DNA of 64,000 bases, taken from NCBI RefSeq assembly GCF_006345805.1, contig NC_043004.1, positions 103,540,001-103,604,000 of the forward strand, in the 5' to 3' direction. Below are positions 14,338 through 26,811 of the stretch, piece after piece. The stretch is from Octopus sinensis (lineage: Eukaryota). Position numbers and translations under genes: made by a program. Every line of letters begins with the position of its first letter. Positions within the stretch are counted from its first letter, which is position 1. Below the pieces are notes generated by a model. The model was not told the origin of the DNA, did not search any database, and worked only from the letters and a program-made list of their open reading frames with translations.

Positions 14338-14748
14338 GGCGCAGGAGTGGCTGTGTGGTAAGTAGCTTGCTAACCAACCACATGGTTCTGGGTTCAGTCC
14401 CACTGTGTGACACTTTGGGCAAGTGTCTTCTACTATAGTCTCGGGCCGACCAAAGCCTTGTGAGTGGATTTGGTAGACGGAAACTGAAAGAAGCCTGTCG
14501 TATAGATGTATATATATATGTATGTGTGTGTATATGTTTGTGTGTCTGTCTTTGTCCCCCCTAGCATTGCTTGACAACCGATGCTGGTGTGCTTACGTCC
14601 CCGTCACTTAACGGTTCGGCAAAAGAGACCGATAGAATAAGTACTGGGCTTACAAAGAATAAGTCCCGGGGTCGATTTGCTCGACTAAAGGCGGTGCTCC
14701 AGCATGGCCGCAGTCAAATGACTGAAACAAGTAAAAGAGAAAAGAGTA
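14338..14748 (+). mobile_element. SINE family A nested in a minus-strand family B SINE (14190-14800)
   Basis: Full family A sequence. The family B sequence resumes after 14748 (...AAGCATTTTGTCTAGTGTGCTAACAATTCTGCCAGC). Confidence 0.88.
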
Positions 14749-15267
14749 AAGCATTTTGTCTAGTGTGCTAACAATTCTGCCAGCTTGTCACCTTTTATAA
14801 TTATGATAATAATAAAAGGATGAAAGGTAAAATTGACTTTGGTGATATTTGAAACCATAATTAAAAGATCTGGAATAAATACTGTTGGGCAATTTTGTCA
14901 GATGCTCTTACAATTCTGCCAACATGAAGCAACAAGAGAGAGACTGTTTAGTTATCAACCCCCAAATACTTTATTGACTCCTGAGGAATGCTGAAGCTTG
15001 TGGAATTTAAACTAAATACTGTAACTGAATACTATAATGCTTTTAGTCCAGTCCAACATTATATTAGGTCTGCCAGTAATCTATACTGTAACCATAATAA
15101 TGGTGATGGGGATATCTTATTTTGTGGCACAAAGCCACAAATTTTGGAAGCGGAGTGTAATCAATCGAGTTACACAAATACTTGATGAAGGAACCATTTC
15201 TAGTCGGTCAGTGTGTTCTTCCTTCTTAAAAAAAAGAAAGAAAAAAAGTGGAAATAAATACATAATA

Positions 15268-15656
15268 GGTGCAGGAGTGGCTGTGTTGGTAAGTAGCTTG
15301 CTTACCAACCACATGGTTCCGGGTTCAATCTCACTGCGTGGCACCTTGGGCAAGTGTCTTCTGCTATAACCTCAGGTCGACCAAAGCTTTATGAGTGGAT
15401 TTGGTAGATGGAAACTGAAAGAAGCCCGTCACATATGTGTGTGTGTGTGTTTGTGCATCTGTGTTTGTCCCCACAACATCACTTGACAATTAATGCTGGT
15501 GTTTACATCCCCGTAACTTAGTGGTTTAGCAAAAGAGACCAATAGAATAAGTACTAGGGTTACAAAGAATAAGTCCTGGGGTTGATTTACTCAACTAAAG
15601 GCAGTAGCTCCAGTATGGCTGCAGTCAAATGACTGAAACAAGTAAAAGAGTAAAAG
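15268..15656 (+). mobile_element. SINE family A
   Basis: Full-length match to the other copies. Others lie at ~7175-7575, 10566-10880, 20345-20690 and 53540-53910 (+), and 23915-24297, 45511-45874 and 57878-58290 (-). Confidence 0.88.
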
Positions 15657-15789
15657 TGTCTCTCTTGTAATAGCTGTAACCATCAGGGGAACCACATGAG
15701 TTAGAAAAATATTCTGGGGGAAAGAAAAACGAGTAGGATGGTTACTGTTGGAACATCTTTTGATTAGAGGTCTGCTCACTGGGTGGACT

Positions 15790-18107
15790 TTGATCTCTTT
15801 CGACACCATCTGTGATCTCTTTCGGGACTCCTCTTTGATCTCTTTCAGCACCCTCTTTGATATCTTTCGGCACCCTCTTTGATCTCTTTCGGCGCTCCTC
15901 TTTGATCTCTTTCCGCGCTCCTCTTTGATATCTGTCGGCACTCATCTTTGATCTCTTTCGGCACTCATCTTTGATCTCTTTTGGAACCATCTTTGATATC
16001 TGTCGGCACCCTCTTTGATCTCTTTCGGCACCCTCTTTGATCTCTGTCGGCACCCTCTTTGATCTCTTTCGGCACTCTCTTTGATCTCTTTCGGCACCCT
16101 CTTTGATCTCTGTCGGCACCCTCTTTGATCTCTGTCGGCACCCTCTTTGATCTCTGTCGGCACCCTCTTTGATATCTGTCGGCACCCTCTTTGATCTCTG
16201 TCGGCACTCTCTTTGATCTCTGTCGGCACCATCTTTGATCTCTTTCGGCACCCTCTTTGATCTCTGTCGGCACCCTCTTTGATCTCTGTCGGTACCCTCT
16301 TTGATCTCTGTCAGACACCCTCTTTGATCACTGTCGGGCACCCTCTTTGATCTCTGTCGGGCACCCTCTTTGATCTGTCGGGCACCCTCTTTGATCTCTG
16401 TCGGCACCCTCTTTGATCTCTTTCCGTACCCTCTTTGATCTCTGTCGGCACCCTCTTTGATCTCTTTCGGCATCCTCTTTGATCTCTTTCGGCACCATCT
16501 TTGATCTCTTTCGGCACCATCTTTGATCTCTTTCGGCACCATCTTTGATCTCTTTCGGCACCCTCTTTGATCTCTTTCGGCACCCTCTTTGATCTCTGTC
16601 GGCACCCTCTTTGATCTCTTTCGGCCCTCCACTTTGATCTCTGTCGGCACCTCTTTGATCTCTTTCGGCACCCTCTTTGATCTCTTTCGGCACCCTCTTT
16701 GATCTCTTTCGGCACCCTCTTTGATCTCTTTCGGCACCCCTCTTTGATCTCTGTCGGCACCCTCTTTGATCTCTGTCGGCACCCTCTTTGATCTCTTTCG
16801 GCACCCTCTTTGTTCTCTTTCGACACTCCTCTTTGATCTCTTTCGGCACTCCACTTTGATCTCTGTCGGCACCGTCTTTGATCTCTTTCGGCACCTTCTT
16901 TGATCTCTGGCGGCACCCTCTTTGATCTCTGTCGGCACCCTCTTTGATCTCTGTCGGCACCCTCTTTGATCTCTGTCGGCACCCTCTTTGATCTCTGTCG
17001 GCACCCTCTTTGATCTCTGTCGGCACCCTCTTTGATCTCTGTCGGCACCCTCTTTGATCTCTGTCGGCACCCTCTTTGATCTCTTTCGGCACCCTATTTG
17101 ATCTCTTTCGACACTCCTCTTTGATCTATGTCGGCACTCCTCTTTGATCTCTTTCGGCACCCACTTTGATCTCTGTCGGCCCCGTCTTTGATCTCTGTCG
17201 GCACCGCCTTTGATCTCTTTCGGCACCCTCTTTGTTCTCTTTCGGCACCCTCTTTGATCTCTTTCGGCACTCCACTTTGATCTCTGTCGGCACCCTCTTT
17301 GATCTCTGTCGGCACCCTCTTTGATCTCTGTCGGCACCCTCTTTGATCTCTGTCGGCACCCTCTTTGATCTCTGTCGGCACCCCTCTTTGATCTTTTTCG
17401 GCACCCCTCTTTGATCTCTTTCGGCACCCCTCTTTGATCTCTTTCGGCACCCTCTTTGATCTCTTTCGGCACCCTCTATGATCTCTTTCGGCACTCCACT
17501 TTGATCTCTGTCGGCACCCTCTTTGATCTCTGTCGGCACCCTCTTTGATCTCTTTCGGCACCCTCTTTGATCTCTTTCGGCACTCCACTTTGATCTCTGT
17601 CGGCACCCTCTTTGATCTCTGTCGGCACCCTCTTTGATCTCTTTCGACACTCCTCTTTGATCGCTTTCGGCACCCTCTATGATCTCTTTCGGCATTCCAC
17701 TTTGATCTCTGTCGGCACCCTCTTTGATCTCTGTCGGCACCCTCTTTGATCTCTGTCGGCACCTTCTTTGATCTCTGTCGACACCTTCTTTGATCTCTGT
17801 CGACACTCTCTTTGATCTCTTTCGGCACTCTCTTTGATCTCTTTCGGCACCCTCTTTGATCTCTGTCGGCACCCCTCTTTGATCTTTTTCGGCGGCACCC
17901 CTCTTTGATCTCTTTCGGCACCCCTCTTTGATCTCTTTCGGCACCCCTCTTTGATCTCTTTCGGCACCCCTCTTTGATCTCTGTCGGCACCCTCTTTGAT
18001 CTCTTTCGGCACTCCTCTTTGATCTCTTTCGGCACTCCTCTTTGATCTCTGTCGGGCACCCTCCTTGATCTCTGTCGGCACCCTCTTTGATCTCTGTCGG
18101 CACCTCT
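15790..18107. repeat. 22-bp minisatellite, ~100-105 units, consensus CTTTGATCTCT(G/T)TCGGCACCCT
   Basis: Directly visible tandem array with 21-25-nt variant units. Confidence 0.98.
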
Positions 18108-18288
18108 AAAAACTATACTTAGTTCTTAGCTTATCGATATTTTATGAAACTTTAACTGGTTGAACTTTTTGCATTTAAGAAACCCCTTCAGTTAGTTTCA
18201 TTGGCGTCTACAGTTTCACTGAATAAGATTTATAACCTTGTTTTCTATCATTTCTACCATTCTGTGAACCTTTTCTTTCAATTACAAA

Positions 18289-18815
18289 AGATCTATGATT
18301 AAAAGTGTTGTAACCATTATCAATCCACCCCTACCCCACTCCTTTATTTTTTCGTGTGTTCTTAGGTTCGGTCCTGCCACATGGCACCTCAGGCAAGTGT
18401 CTTCTATTATAGCTCTTTGCTGACCAAACCCTTCTGAGTGGATTCAGTAGACAGAACTTAAAGAAACCTGTTTTTGTGTGTGTGTGTGAGTGAGAGAGAG
18501 ATAGTGTGTACTCTTGTCTTGACATCATGTGTTAGTTGTAAATGAGCTTCACCATCTTACAAGCGGTGTTGTTCACTTCCAGTCTTCCATGAAAAACCTG
18601 TCTGGCCATTGGGAAATATTACCTTGCTTGGAAACAGGTGAGAGTTGGTGACAAGAAGAACATCTGACCATAGAAAACTGCCTCAATTACCTCCATCTTA
18701 TCCATACAAACATAGAAAAATAAACCATGATGATGACACAGTTTATGAAGAACTACATAATCCACTGTCCTTTCTTATAAGACAGAAGGTTAATTTTTGA
18801 GGTAGGTTTGGTTGG
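18289..18815 (+). repeat. 527-bp direct copy of 8525-9049 (old SINE plus unique flanks)
   Basis: Identical by eye except (TG)7 versus (TG)6. Confidence 0.95.
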
Positions 18816-19543
18816 CACTCCACTTTGATCTCTGTCGGCACCCTCTTTGATCTCTGTCGGCACCCTCTTTGATCTCTTTCGACACTCCTCTTTGATCGCT
18901 TTCGGCACCCTCTATGATCTCTTTCGGCATTCCACTTTGATCTCTGTCGGCACCCTCTTTGATCTCTGTCGGCACCCTCTTTGATCTCTGTCGGCACCCT
19001 CTTTGATCTCTGTCGGCACCTTCTTTGATCTCTGTCGACACCTTCTTTGATCTCTGTCGACACTCTCTTTGATCTCTTTCGGCACTCTCTTTGATCTCTT
19101 TCGGCACCCTCTTTGATCTCTGTCGGCACCCCTCTTTGATCTTTTTCGGCACCCCTCTTTGATCTCTTTCGGCACCCCTCTTTGATCTCTTTCGGCACCC
19201 CTCTTTGATCTCTTTCGGCACCCCTCTTTGATCTCTGTCGGCACCCTCTTTGATCTCTTTCGGCACTCCTCTTTGATCTCTTTCGGCACTCCTCTTTGAT
19301 CTCTGTCGGGCACCCTCCTTGATCTCTGTCGGCACCCTCTTTGATCTCTGTCGGCACCTCTAAAAACTATACTTAGTTCTTAGCTTATCGATATTTTATG
19401 AAACTTTAACTGGTTGAACTTTTTGCATTTAAGAAACCCCTTCAGTTAGTTTCATTGGCGTCTACAGTTTCACTGAATAAGATTTATAACCTTGTTTTCT
19501 ATCATTTCTACCATTCTGTGAACCTTTTCTTTCAATTACAAAA
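18816..19543 (+). repeat. Duplicate of 17581-18289 (minisatellite tail + 182-bp unique flank)
   Basis: Same order of variant units and an identical flank. It differs by one extra 22-bp unit and a 3-nt CGG stutter (709 versus 728 bp). Confidence 0.95.
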
Positions 19544-20749
19544 ACTGTGTCGGTCTACTGGCTGAACAGGTAGATAACTGTTATTTATGGTCAGTGGAGG
19601 GAGTATTTTCACCAGCAATAGAAAGTTTGAGAAATTTGGTGTGACTAATCTGGTATTTAAAACATTGGTTGGTTGTGTTATTTGCCAGATCAGCTCTGAT
19701 TTAAGGCATTCCAGTTACGTCTTCTCCACCACCACCACCTGCCCAGCTACAGCAAATCTAAGACTATATCACCTTGTGTGTCCTTTTTCCATTTTGAGGT
19801 GGTAGTGTCATTTGAGGGAGATTTGACTGCTGTTTCAAATAGGTCTAGTGATCATGTATGTGCAAACTCTGTTATTGACTCAAAGTTTTTCCCCTTCTCT
19901 TCTTTGGAAGCCGACTGGGCAGTATGGAAGGGAATGGAGCTCTAGTGAAGGGGTAATTTGAATGAGTCTCTTGTCTTACGTTTTTGGTTGGAGTGTGAAG
20001 TACAGTAAAGCCCGAAATTAGAAGTCCATTCTAGTTGCTAAATGATACAATGAAGACACTTTTTGTTGTAGGACCATTCACAAGAAATGAATGGCCTTCT
20101 TTTGGATGTAACAGAAGTTGTTAGATTGCAAATTTGTACCACCAAAAGTTATGTCACTTTGGTATGGTGGTTAATACAAATATATAATTTACAGTACATG
20201 TCACTTGAATTTTGCAGTTGATACTACAACCCTTTTCTGCCATCTTGTGTGTATGTATGTGTTAGTCCACAAATGAGATCCAGGAATTCTCTTAATAGTG
20301 CTCAAAAGATTCAAACTCTGATGTTTTTACAGGGAATTGATTCCACAAGATAAAGTATAGCTATAAGAATGTCTGTCTGGTTAAGAAATTTGTTTTGTAA
20401 CCACATGGTTTTGGGTTCAGTCCCACTGCATGGAATTTTGAACAGGTGTCTTTTATAGCCCTGGACCAGCCAATGCTTTGTGAGTGAATGTGGTGGAAGG
20501 AAACTGTATCGGAAGCCCATTGTATGTATGTGTGTGTTTGTGCCCCCTATTGTTTGACGGGTTCAGCAAAAGAGACCCATAAAATTAGTACTAGACTTCA
20601 AAAATATAAGTACTATGGTAGATATGTTCAACTAAACTGCTTGTGGTGGTGCCCCAGCATGGCCTCAGTCCAATAACTGAAACAAGTAAATAATAGGTGT
20701 ACACACACACAGAATACTATACCTTAATAATTTGTGAAAAGGTGACTAG

Positions 20750-20975
20750 TACGAGGGTGGGGGTGCTGAAAAGTTTCTGGCTTTGGGTAGGAGAAAATAC
20801 AGGAGGATCAGTTATGATTTAATTCAACATACTCCCTTCTCAGATTCACACACTTATTGCAGAGGTCCTTCAGTTTTTCTAAGCCCTGTAAAAGAACTTG
20901 GAAGGTTGGGCCTCCAGCCAGGCTTTTCACGATACCCTTAAAGCCAGGATCCTTTCAGCAACCCCCATCCTTGTA
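20750..20975. mobile_element. Mariner-type MITE
   Basis: TA-CGAGGGTGGGGGTGCTGAAAAGTTTCTGGCTTT ... AAAGCCAGGATCCTTTCAGCAACCCCCATCCTTG-TA: ~33-bp imperfect TIRs with a TA TSD. Confidence 0.85.
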
Positions 20976-21404
20976 TGTATAATCTTTACTACTTATCTTA
21001 ACTATTCTAATTGGGATGGTAAAAGTTGCAATGTTGCTTTGATCTAGTGGTTAGTGCTGTTGTCTGGTTTACAGCAGATATGGCACTCAAATCCAGCAGG
21101 TGATATTACAACTTTTATCTATGTTACTCTGACAACATTGTTGTGACAAGTTTTTGACATCATTGCTGTGACAAGCTTCTGGCAACATTGCAGTGCGTGC
21201 GTGTTCTGAAAGCTTTTATCAGATGATCTGCTGTTGTAAACCTGTGTAACTTTCTTGGTTATTTACCCTGGTTGTCTGCATTTCCCAACTCTCATGGCAA
21301 TGATATTTACCATACGTATGCTTACCTTGTTGATGTATGCACTTCAGTTATAGTTGGTTAATAGATATTCTCAAAAGAACTTGTTTGACAAAATGTTGAG
21401 TCCC

Positions 21405-21705
21405 TTGTGTGTGTGTGTCTGTGTCCACATGCGTGTCTGGCTGTGTGTCTGCATGTGTGTCCGGCTGTGTGTGTCTGCGTGTGCGTCCAGCTGTGTGTGT
21501 GTCCGGCTGTGTGTGCGTCCGGCTATGTGTGTGTCCGGCTGTGTGTGCGTCTGGCTGTGTGTCTGCGTGTGTGTCCGGCTGTGTGTGTCTGTGTGTGCGT
21601 CCGGCTGTGTGTCCAGCTGTGGTGTCTGCATGCATGTCCAGCTGTGGTGTGTGTGCGTGCGCATGTGCATCTGGCTGTGTCTGCATGTGCGTCTATGTGT
21701 GTGGG
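21405..21705. repeat. Cryptic (TG)n repeat punctuated by TCC(G/A)GC every ~12-20 bp
   Basis: Visible low-complexity tract. It produces the C/V-rich and T/H-rich ORFs. Confidence 0.9.
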
Positions 21706-22006
21706 TGTCTGTTGGTATAGGAATTTTAAAGTTTATTATGACCGTTCACCTACTTGGTGGCAATTTCGTAAAGAAAAAAGTCTTGTTCTCTTTGTTATCC
21801 TTCAGGGATTTATTTTCTACTTAAAATTTTATTTCACCATAATGAAAGTAAATAACACAAAGGCATTCTACCCATGACAATCCAGTCAATTTAGCTCATA
21901 AATATTCACAGTGAATTAGCTGTCATTCTCTTTCACCCACTTTTCTAAAACAGAAACTATAATTTATTTTTTGTCTTCAAAATTTACTTTTAATTGTATG
22001 TTAAAA

Positions 22007-22405
22007 CTAGCAGTATCGCCCGGCGTTGCTCGGGTTTGTAAGGGAAATAACTATATAAGCATTTTTAGAGATGTAAAGTATAATAGCCATCTCAATATGG
22101 CTAACCACAAAGGGGGGGGGGGTGTTACTGTAGCTTTTTACGTTCTGAGATTTAATAATAAATTTTTAGAGAGTTACTTCCCTTATATATGCCAAAAATG
22201 CATTAAAAATGGGGGAAAATGAGGGTAAATTTTTTTTTAAATCGTAGACTCATCGTAGATGTGCGCTAATACCCAGAAGGGCTCGATATGAATCACGACT
22301 ATAAGATACCCGCTTTTGGTTACACTGCACTGCAAAATGTGGGAGTAGTTAGGAATCTAAATCATAGGAGACAGACACACACAACTTCACTTTTATATAT
22401 ACAGA
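22007..22405 (-). mobile_element. Non-autonomous Helitron (~400 bp)
   Basis: Minus strand reads A|TC...CCCGAGCAACGCCGGG (hairpin)-CGATACTG-CTAG|T: 5' TC, 3' hairpin plus CTAG, in an AT target. Confidence 0.82.
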
Positions 22406-24357
22406 TATCATTTATTCAGAAAACCAATTTATGTAAATGTGTGTGTCTCTGAGTCTTTTTGCACATGTCTGTTTTTGTATGAGTTGTTTGTGTGATTACT
22501 TGTTCATGCATGTTCGATATAAATGTGTGTCCGATAGGCTTGCATTGTCTGTCTCTAAGCCTTGTGTGTTGTGTTCTTTGTCTGCCATTCACCTTCAATA
22601 CAGAGTAACATCTCTGTATTGAAATTATAAGAGGAAAAATCCTTTTGTTTTGAAGTTTCCAGGACTCCTACATGTACTGGATCTTACCTTAGGCAAAAAG
22701 GATTGTACTTAAAAGCACATTAGTGAAAGCATTTTATTGGCACACTGGACTGTTTCCATTGAAATCATGGTAAAGTAAAAAGTAAATTTCTTTCCTGAAT
22801 CATAGAGACCCAAAGGGCTGGATTCCTGGTTTCCGTGGCATGTATATTCCACACCTGGATGAGACACCAGTCCATTGCAGCGTTACTCATTTTTGCCAGC
22901 TGAGTGGACTGAAGCAACATGAACTGAAGTGTTTTGCTCAGGAGCACAACTCATTGCCCAGTCTAGGAAGTGAAACCACAATCTTAGGGTCATGAGTCCA
23001 ACACCATAACCACTCAGCCATGCACCTTCACAAAATCATGATACTCACAAATACAGATAGTGATCTTTAGTATCACATATGCGCGTGCGAGGCTGGGGGT
23101 GAAATAACTCCCATAGACTTGATATTCATAATCAGTATCACTATTTTCACCCTATTTCTTTACGTACTGATAATCTTTTAGTCAACTGAGGTGAAGAGAT
23201 CTAATAAGGTCGAAACCTATCCATTGGTTTCACCAGTTGGCTTTTAAATGATATGAAATGCATTCCTGTATTGTCTTCATTTTCTAAAAATTTGGATTAA
23301 CTAACACTATTGGAATATTAACTCCTTTACTTTTGGACTTTTAACACTTCCAGAAGAAATTTTTGTCTTTTAATTGCAAGGATTATCCGAGATAATTGAA
23401 GTCTTTCAGCTTGCTATATTTCATGTCATGTAGTGTTTTTTGAATCTTGGTTTTGTTCCTGTTAACGAGAGTGGCTGGATCTACCTCAATGCCATAGCAA
23501 CTGCCCTCGCACCATCTCACCATCCTTCTCAAGCCAACCCTCCCAACCTCCTCCACCTGTCCCCTCCGTGTTTTCCTCGGTCTACCTCACTTTCTCAGTC
23601 CATTAACCTCAAACCCAGAACCATATGGTTTGGAAGCAAGCTTCTTACCATACAACCATGCTTTAGATAAAAAAAGACAGTCTGAGTCTTGATACAGATT
23701 TTGTAACACTACCACATGTACTTATTAAAGTCAACAGATCTTTGTATATCATGTGAGTAGGAATACTTCTAGCTAGGAAGCACTCATTAAGGGGACATGT
23801 AGCGTGTTTAAGGGAGTGATGTTTGCATTTTTATTAAGTGTTAAGGTTGTCTGAACCTTTGAAGATGTAATGGTCTTTCTTGTTAAAGGAAGAGGCTACT
23901 TTAATGGCTATTATCTTTTATATTTTACTTGTTTCTGTCATTAGACTGAGGCCATGCTGGGGCATTACCTTTTTAGTTGAATGAATCAACCTTAATGTTT
24001 ACTTGTTTTGTTAAGTTTGGTGTTTATTCTATCGGTCTCTTTTGCCGAACTGCAAGTTATGGGTGCGTAAACACACCAACACTAGTTGTCAAGCAGTGGT
24101 GGACACACACTCACATATGTATATATACATGTACATATGACTGACTGACTTTCAGTTTCCGACTACCAAATCCACTCACAAAGCTTTGGTTAGGTTGAGG
24201 CTATAGTAGACACTTGCCCAAGGTGCCATGCAGAGGGACTGAACCCAGAACTATGTGGTTGGTGAGGCACGCTTCTTACCACACAGTCACGCCTGTACAT
24301 ATTAGTAGATATTTAAACGATAAGGAATAGCAGATTGTCCTGAGCTTGAGTGTGTAT

Positions 24358-24395
<38 letters not shown>

Positions 24396-25084
24396 ATAAT
24401 AGTAACTAACAAAGTCATTGAGGAGAGAGCTGAAACTGTTAGGAAAAAGAGGTTATTTTATCAAATGTGTTGCATTTACTCTTTGTTCATCATCGTTTAA
24501 TGTCCATCTTCCATGCTAGTGTGGGTGGGACACTTTCACAAGAGCTGGCCAGGCCAAAGCCTGTGCCAAACTTCTTTGACTGTTTTGGCAGGACTTTTAC
24601 AGCTGGATGCCCTTCCTAAAGCCAACCACTCAGCAGAGAGGATTTAGTGATTTTTATGTGGCACAGGTGAGCTGAGTAGTGCTTTTTACGTGGCACAAGA
24701 AGAATATTTTCAATTATGAAACACATGAAAACTGAAATATGTCCTAGACTAACCCATCCTACATATATGAACCAATATGTTGGCAAGAAATCTTTTATCT
24801 TTTGTTCCAGTCATTGGACACTGGCCATAGTGATGAACTGCCTTAGAGGGTTTAGCCAAGCAAATCGACCCCAGAGGTTTTTTTTTTAAAGTCTGGTACT
24901 TATTCTATCGACCTGTTTTGCTAAACTGCTAAGTTATGGTGACAGGTTAATTTAGTTCAATGAAATACATTCCATGTTTTGTTTATTTCATCTGATAACC
25001 TTTTTTCTTGTTATTTTTATTCTTCACTGGAAAATATCCTTAATATGAAATACTTTGTTTTCCTTCTCTAGACTATTGCGCTGG

Positions 25085-25152
25085 ATGGCTGCCATACAGA
25101 ATGTGTTTGCCACTCGGCTTCTGGCCGAGCTTCTTGGCCATGAGGTTGACAG
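25085..25152 (+). CDS. LRRC41: LRRC41-like, first coding exon seen (exon acceptor at 25072; MAAIQNVFATRLLAELLGHEVD)
   Basis: Pyrimidine tract plus AG at 25070-71, ATG at 25085, donor AG|GTAACT at 25153. Phase 2 joins the next exon in frame. The true start is uncertain because the 13 nt before the ATG are also open. Confidence 0.75.
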
Positions 25153-25941
25153 GTAACTCTTCAAATAGTTTCTTTTATTTATATTATTTTGATTTTCTTT
25201 CTATCAATGTAGAAAAGTATAAACTAGCTTCTTCAAAATAACTCAAGGTGACTACATTGCTGTACTTGTGACGCATAATGAACCAAATGAATGTAGTTTT
25301 GTAGCTCACCATAATGATGTTTCTTTACAAACTTCTGGGTTGTCCAGTTTGACCTTTAAAAAGAAATATCTATGCATTTTATGCACTAGTGGTAGTCAAT
25401 GGTTTGGTCTTTGTTGTGATAAAAATGATTGACTTATTTTTGAGGGTAGGCAAAAACTGATACCTGTAAAAAAAAATCTGTTATATAATCAAAATAAGAT
25501 AACTGTTTCATGGCACAAACATTACAGGGCTTATCTTTTGTTTCTGTTCATTGTGCATCAATTTTATAATCAGTAAGTTTCATTTGAATGTTGCTTGTGT
25601 CCAAATAAACACCAAAAGGTGTAGCATGTCTTTATCAAGATTGTTGACACCTTTAGCCTGTTGCTGATGTTTCCACCTGCTACGTTGCACCTGTGCAGTG
25701 GCACTTATGCACATTCGTAAATACACTTATGTGCCTGTCAATGAAACTTCTGTTCAGTAAACTGTTACAGACTTTGGAGTATGATTTCTTAGATTTAATC
25801 TCTGATTATTAACACATTTTAGCTCAATGTCATTTTTTGTTGTTATTCTAGTTGAGGTCATGTTAAAACTAAAAATTTTCTAAAATGTTGACAAGATTTT
25901 GATTGTGCTTCCAATATATATTTCTTTTTTGTTGATTTTAG

Positions 25942-26054
25942 TGGCCTCTTAAAAGAAGAACGACCCAGCAACAACCCACAGACACTGCATGTGAAATGTG
26001 CCATAGTTCTGGGCAAGGAAATTGCCAACTTCTCACAGAAAACTTTGGATGAAG
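25942..26054 (+). CDS. LRRC41: LRRC41-like exon with BC-box (TLHVKCAIVL, 25982-26011)
   Basis: TTTTAG acceptor, GAAG|GTATAT donor, 113 nt, in frame. It matches the (S/T/P)LxxxCxxx(V/I/L/A) Elongin-C-binding consensus. Confidence 0.9.
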
Positions 26055-26779
26055 GTATATATTTCTTGAATGAACCATACCTTAAACCTATCTATTATGT
26101 GATTATATGTTATAAAACATTCTAAATGATAAGCTGTTGATAAAGGACTTAAATAAAAATGTTATCATTTGAAATGTTTCATAGCAAAATGATCATTCAT
26201 CTGTTCCTTTGTCATAAAGCCTTTTCTTTATCATTGTTTATTTACCATGTTACATGTTGCCGTAGACAAGAACAGGTTTTTTTTTTGGCGTTTTTTTTAA
26301 TAGTTTGTTGATAATTTTAGAAAAGATAAAAATAGTGTTTTTATAGCTATCTTTTCAAAAATCCTGGAAATTGCAACAACAATGTATTTTAGCAACAATC
26401 TTTTATCAGAACTTTTTACATCCCGTATGTATGTATGTGTGTATGTGTGTGTGTGTGTGTGATGTCAATTATTAGCTCACATGCTTTCATTGCTGGATAT
26501 CTGACTCTTTCTTTCTAAACAGGGAAAGTGGTCAGAATTGTCAGATAGTCAAAATGAAGCAAACTAATAATAATAATAATAATAATAATCCTTTCTACTA
26601 TAGGCACAAGGCCTGAAATTTGTGGGGAGGGGGATAGTTGATTACATCGACCCCCCCCCCCCCCCCCAGTGTTTTGCTGTTACTTATTTTATGAACCCCG
26701 AAAGGATGAAAGGCAAAGACAGACGAAATACTGCTTAGCAGTTTGCCCAATGTGCTAACGATTCTGCCAGCTTGCCTCC

Positions 26780-26811
<32 letters not shown>

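Noticed and set aside
15790-18107. CRISPR-like appearance of the array
   Set aside because: The units are contiguous with no unique spacers, there are no cas genes, and the DNA is eukaryotic.
15765-18108. Possible TIRs TAGAGGT...ACCTCTA around the minisatellite (hAT-like)
   Set aside because: Only 7 bp match, the right one is just a variant unit end, and the flanking 8-mers (CTTTTGAT, AAAACTAT) are not a TSD.
15591-19357. Long minus-strand ORFs (up to 576 aa, PTEIKEGADRDQRGCRQRSKRV repeats)
   Set aside because: The 22-nt unit has no stop codon in any minus-strand frame, so ORFs open in all three frames. There are no splice signals or unique domain.
21348-21877. Cys/Val-rich and Thr/His-rich ORFs
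   Set aside because: They are translations of the TG-rich repeat.
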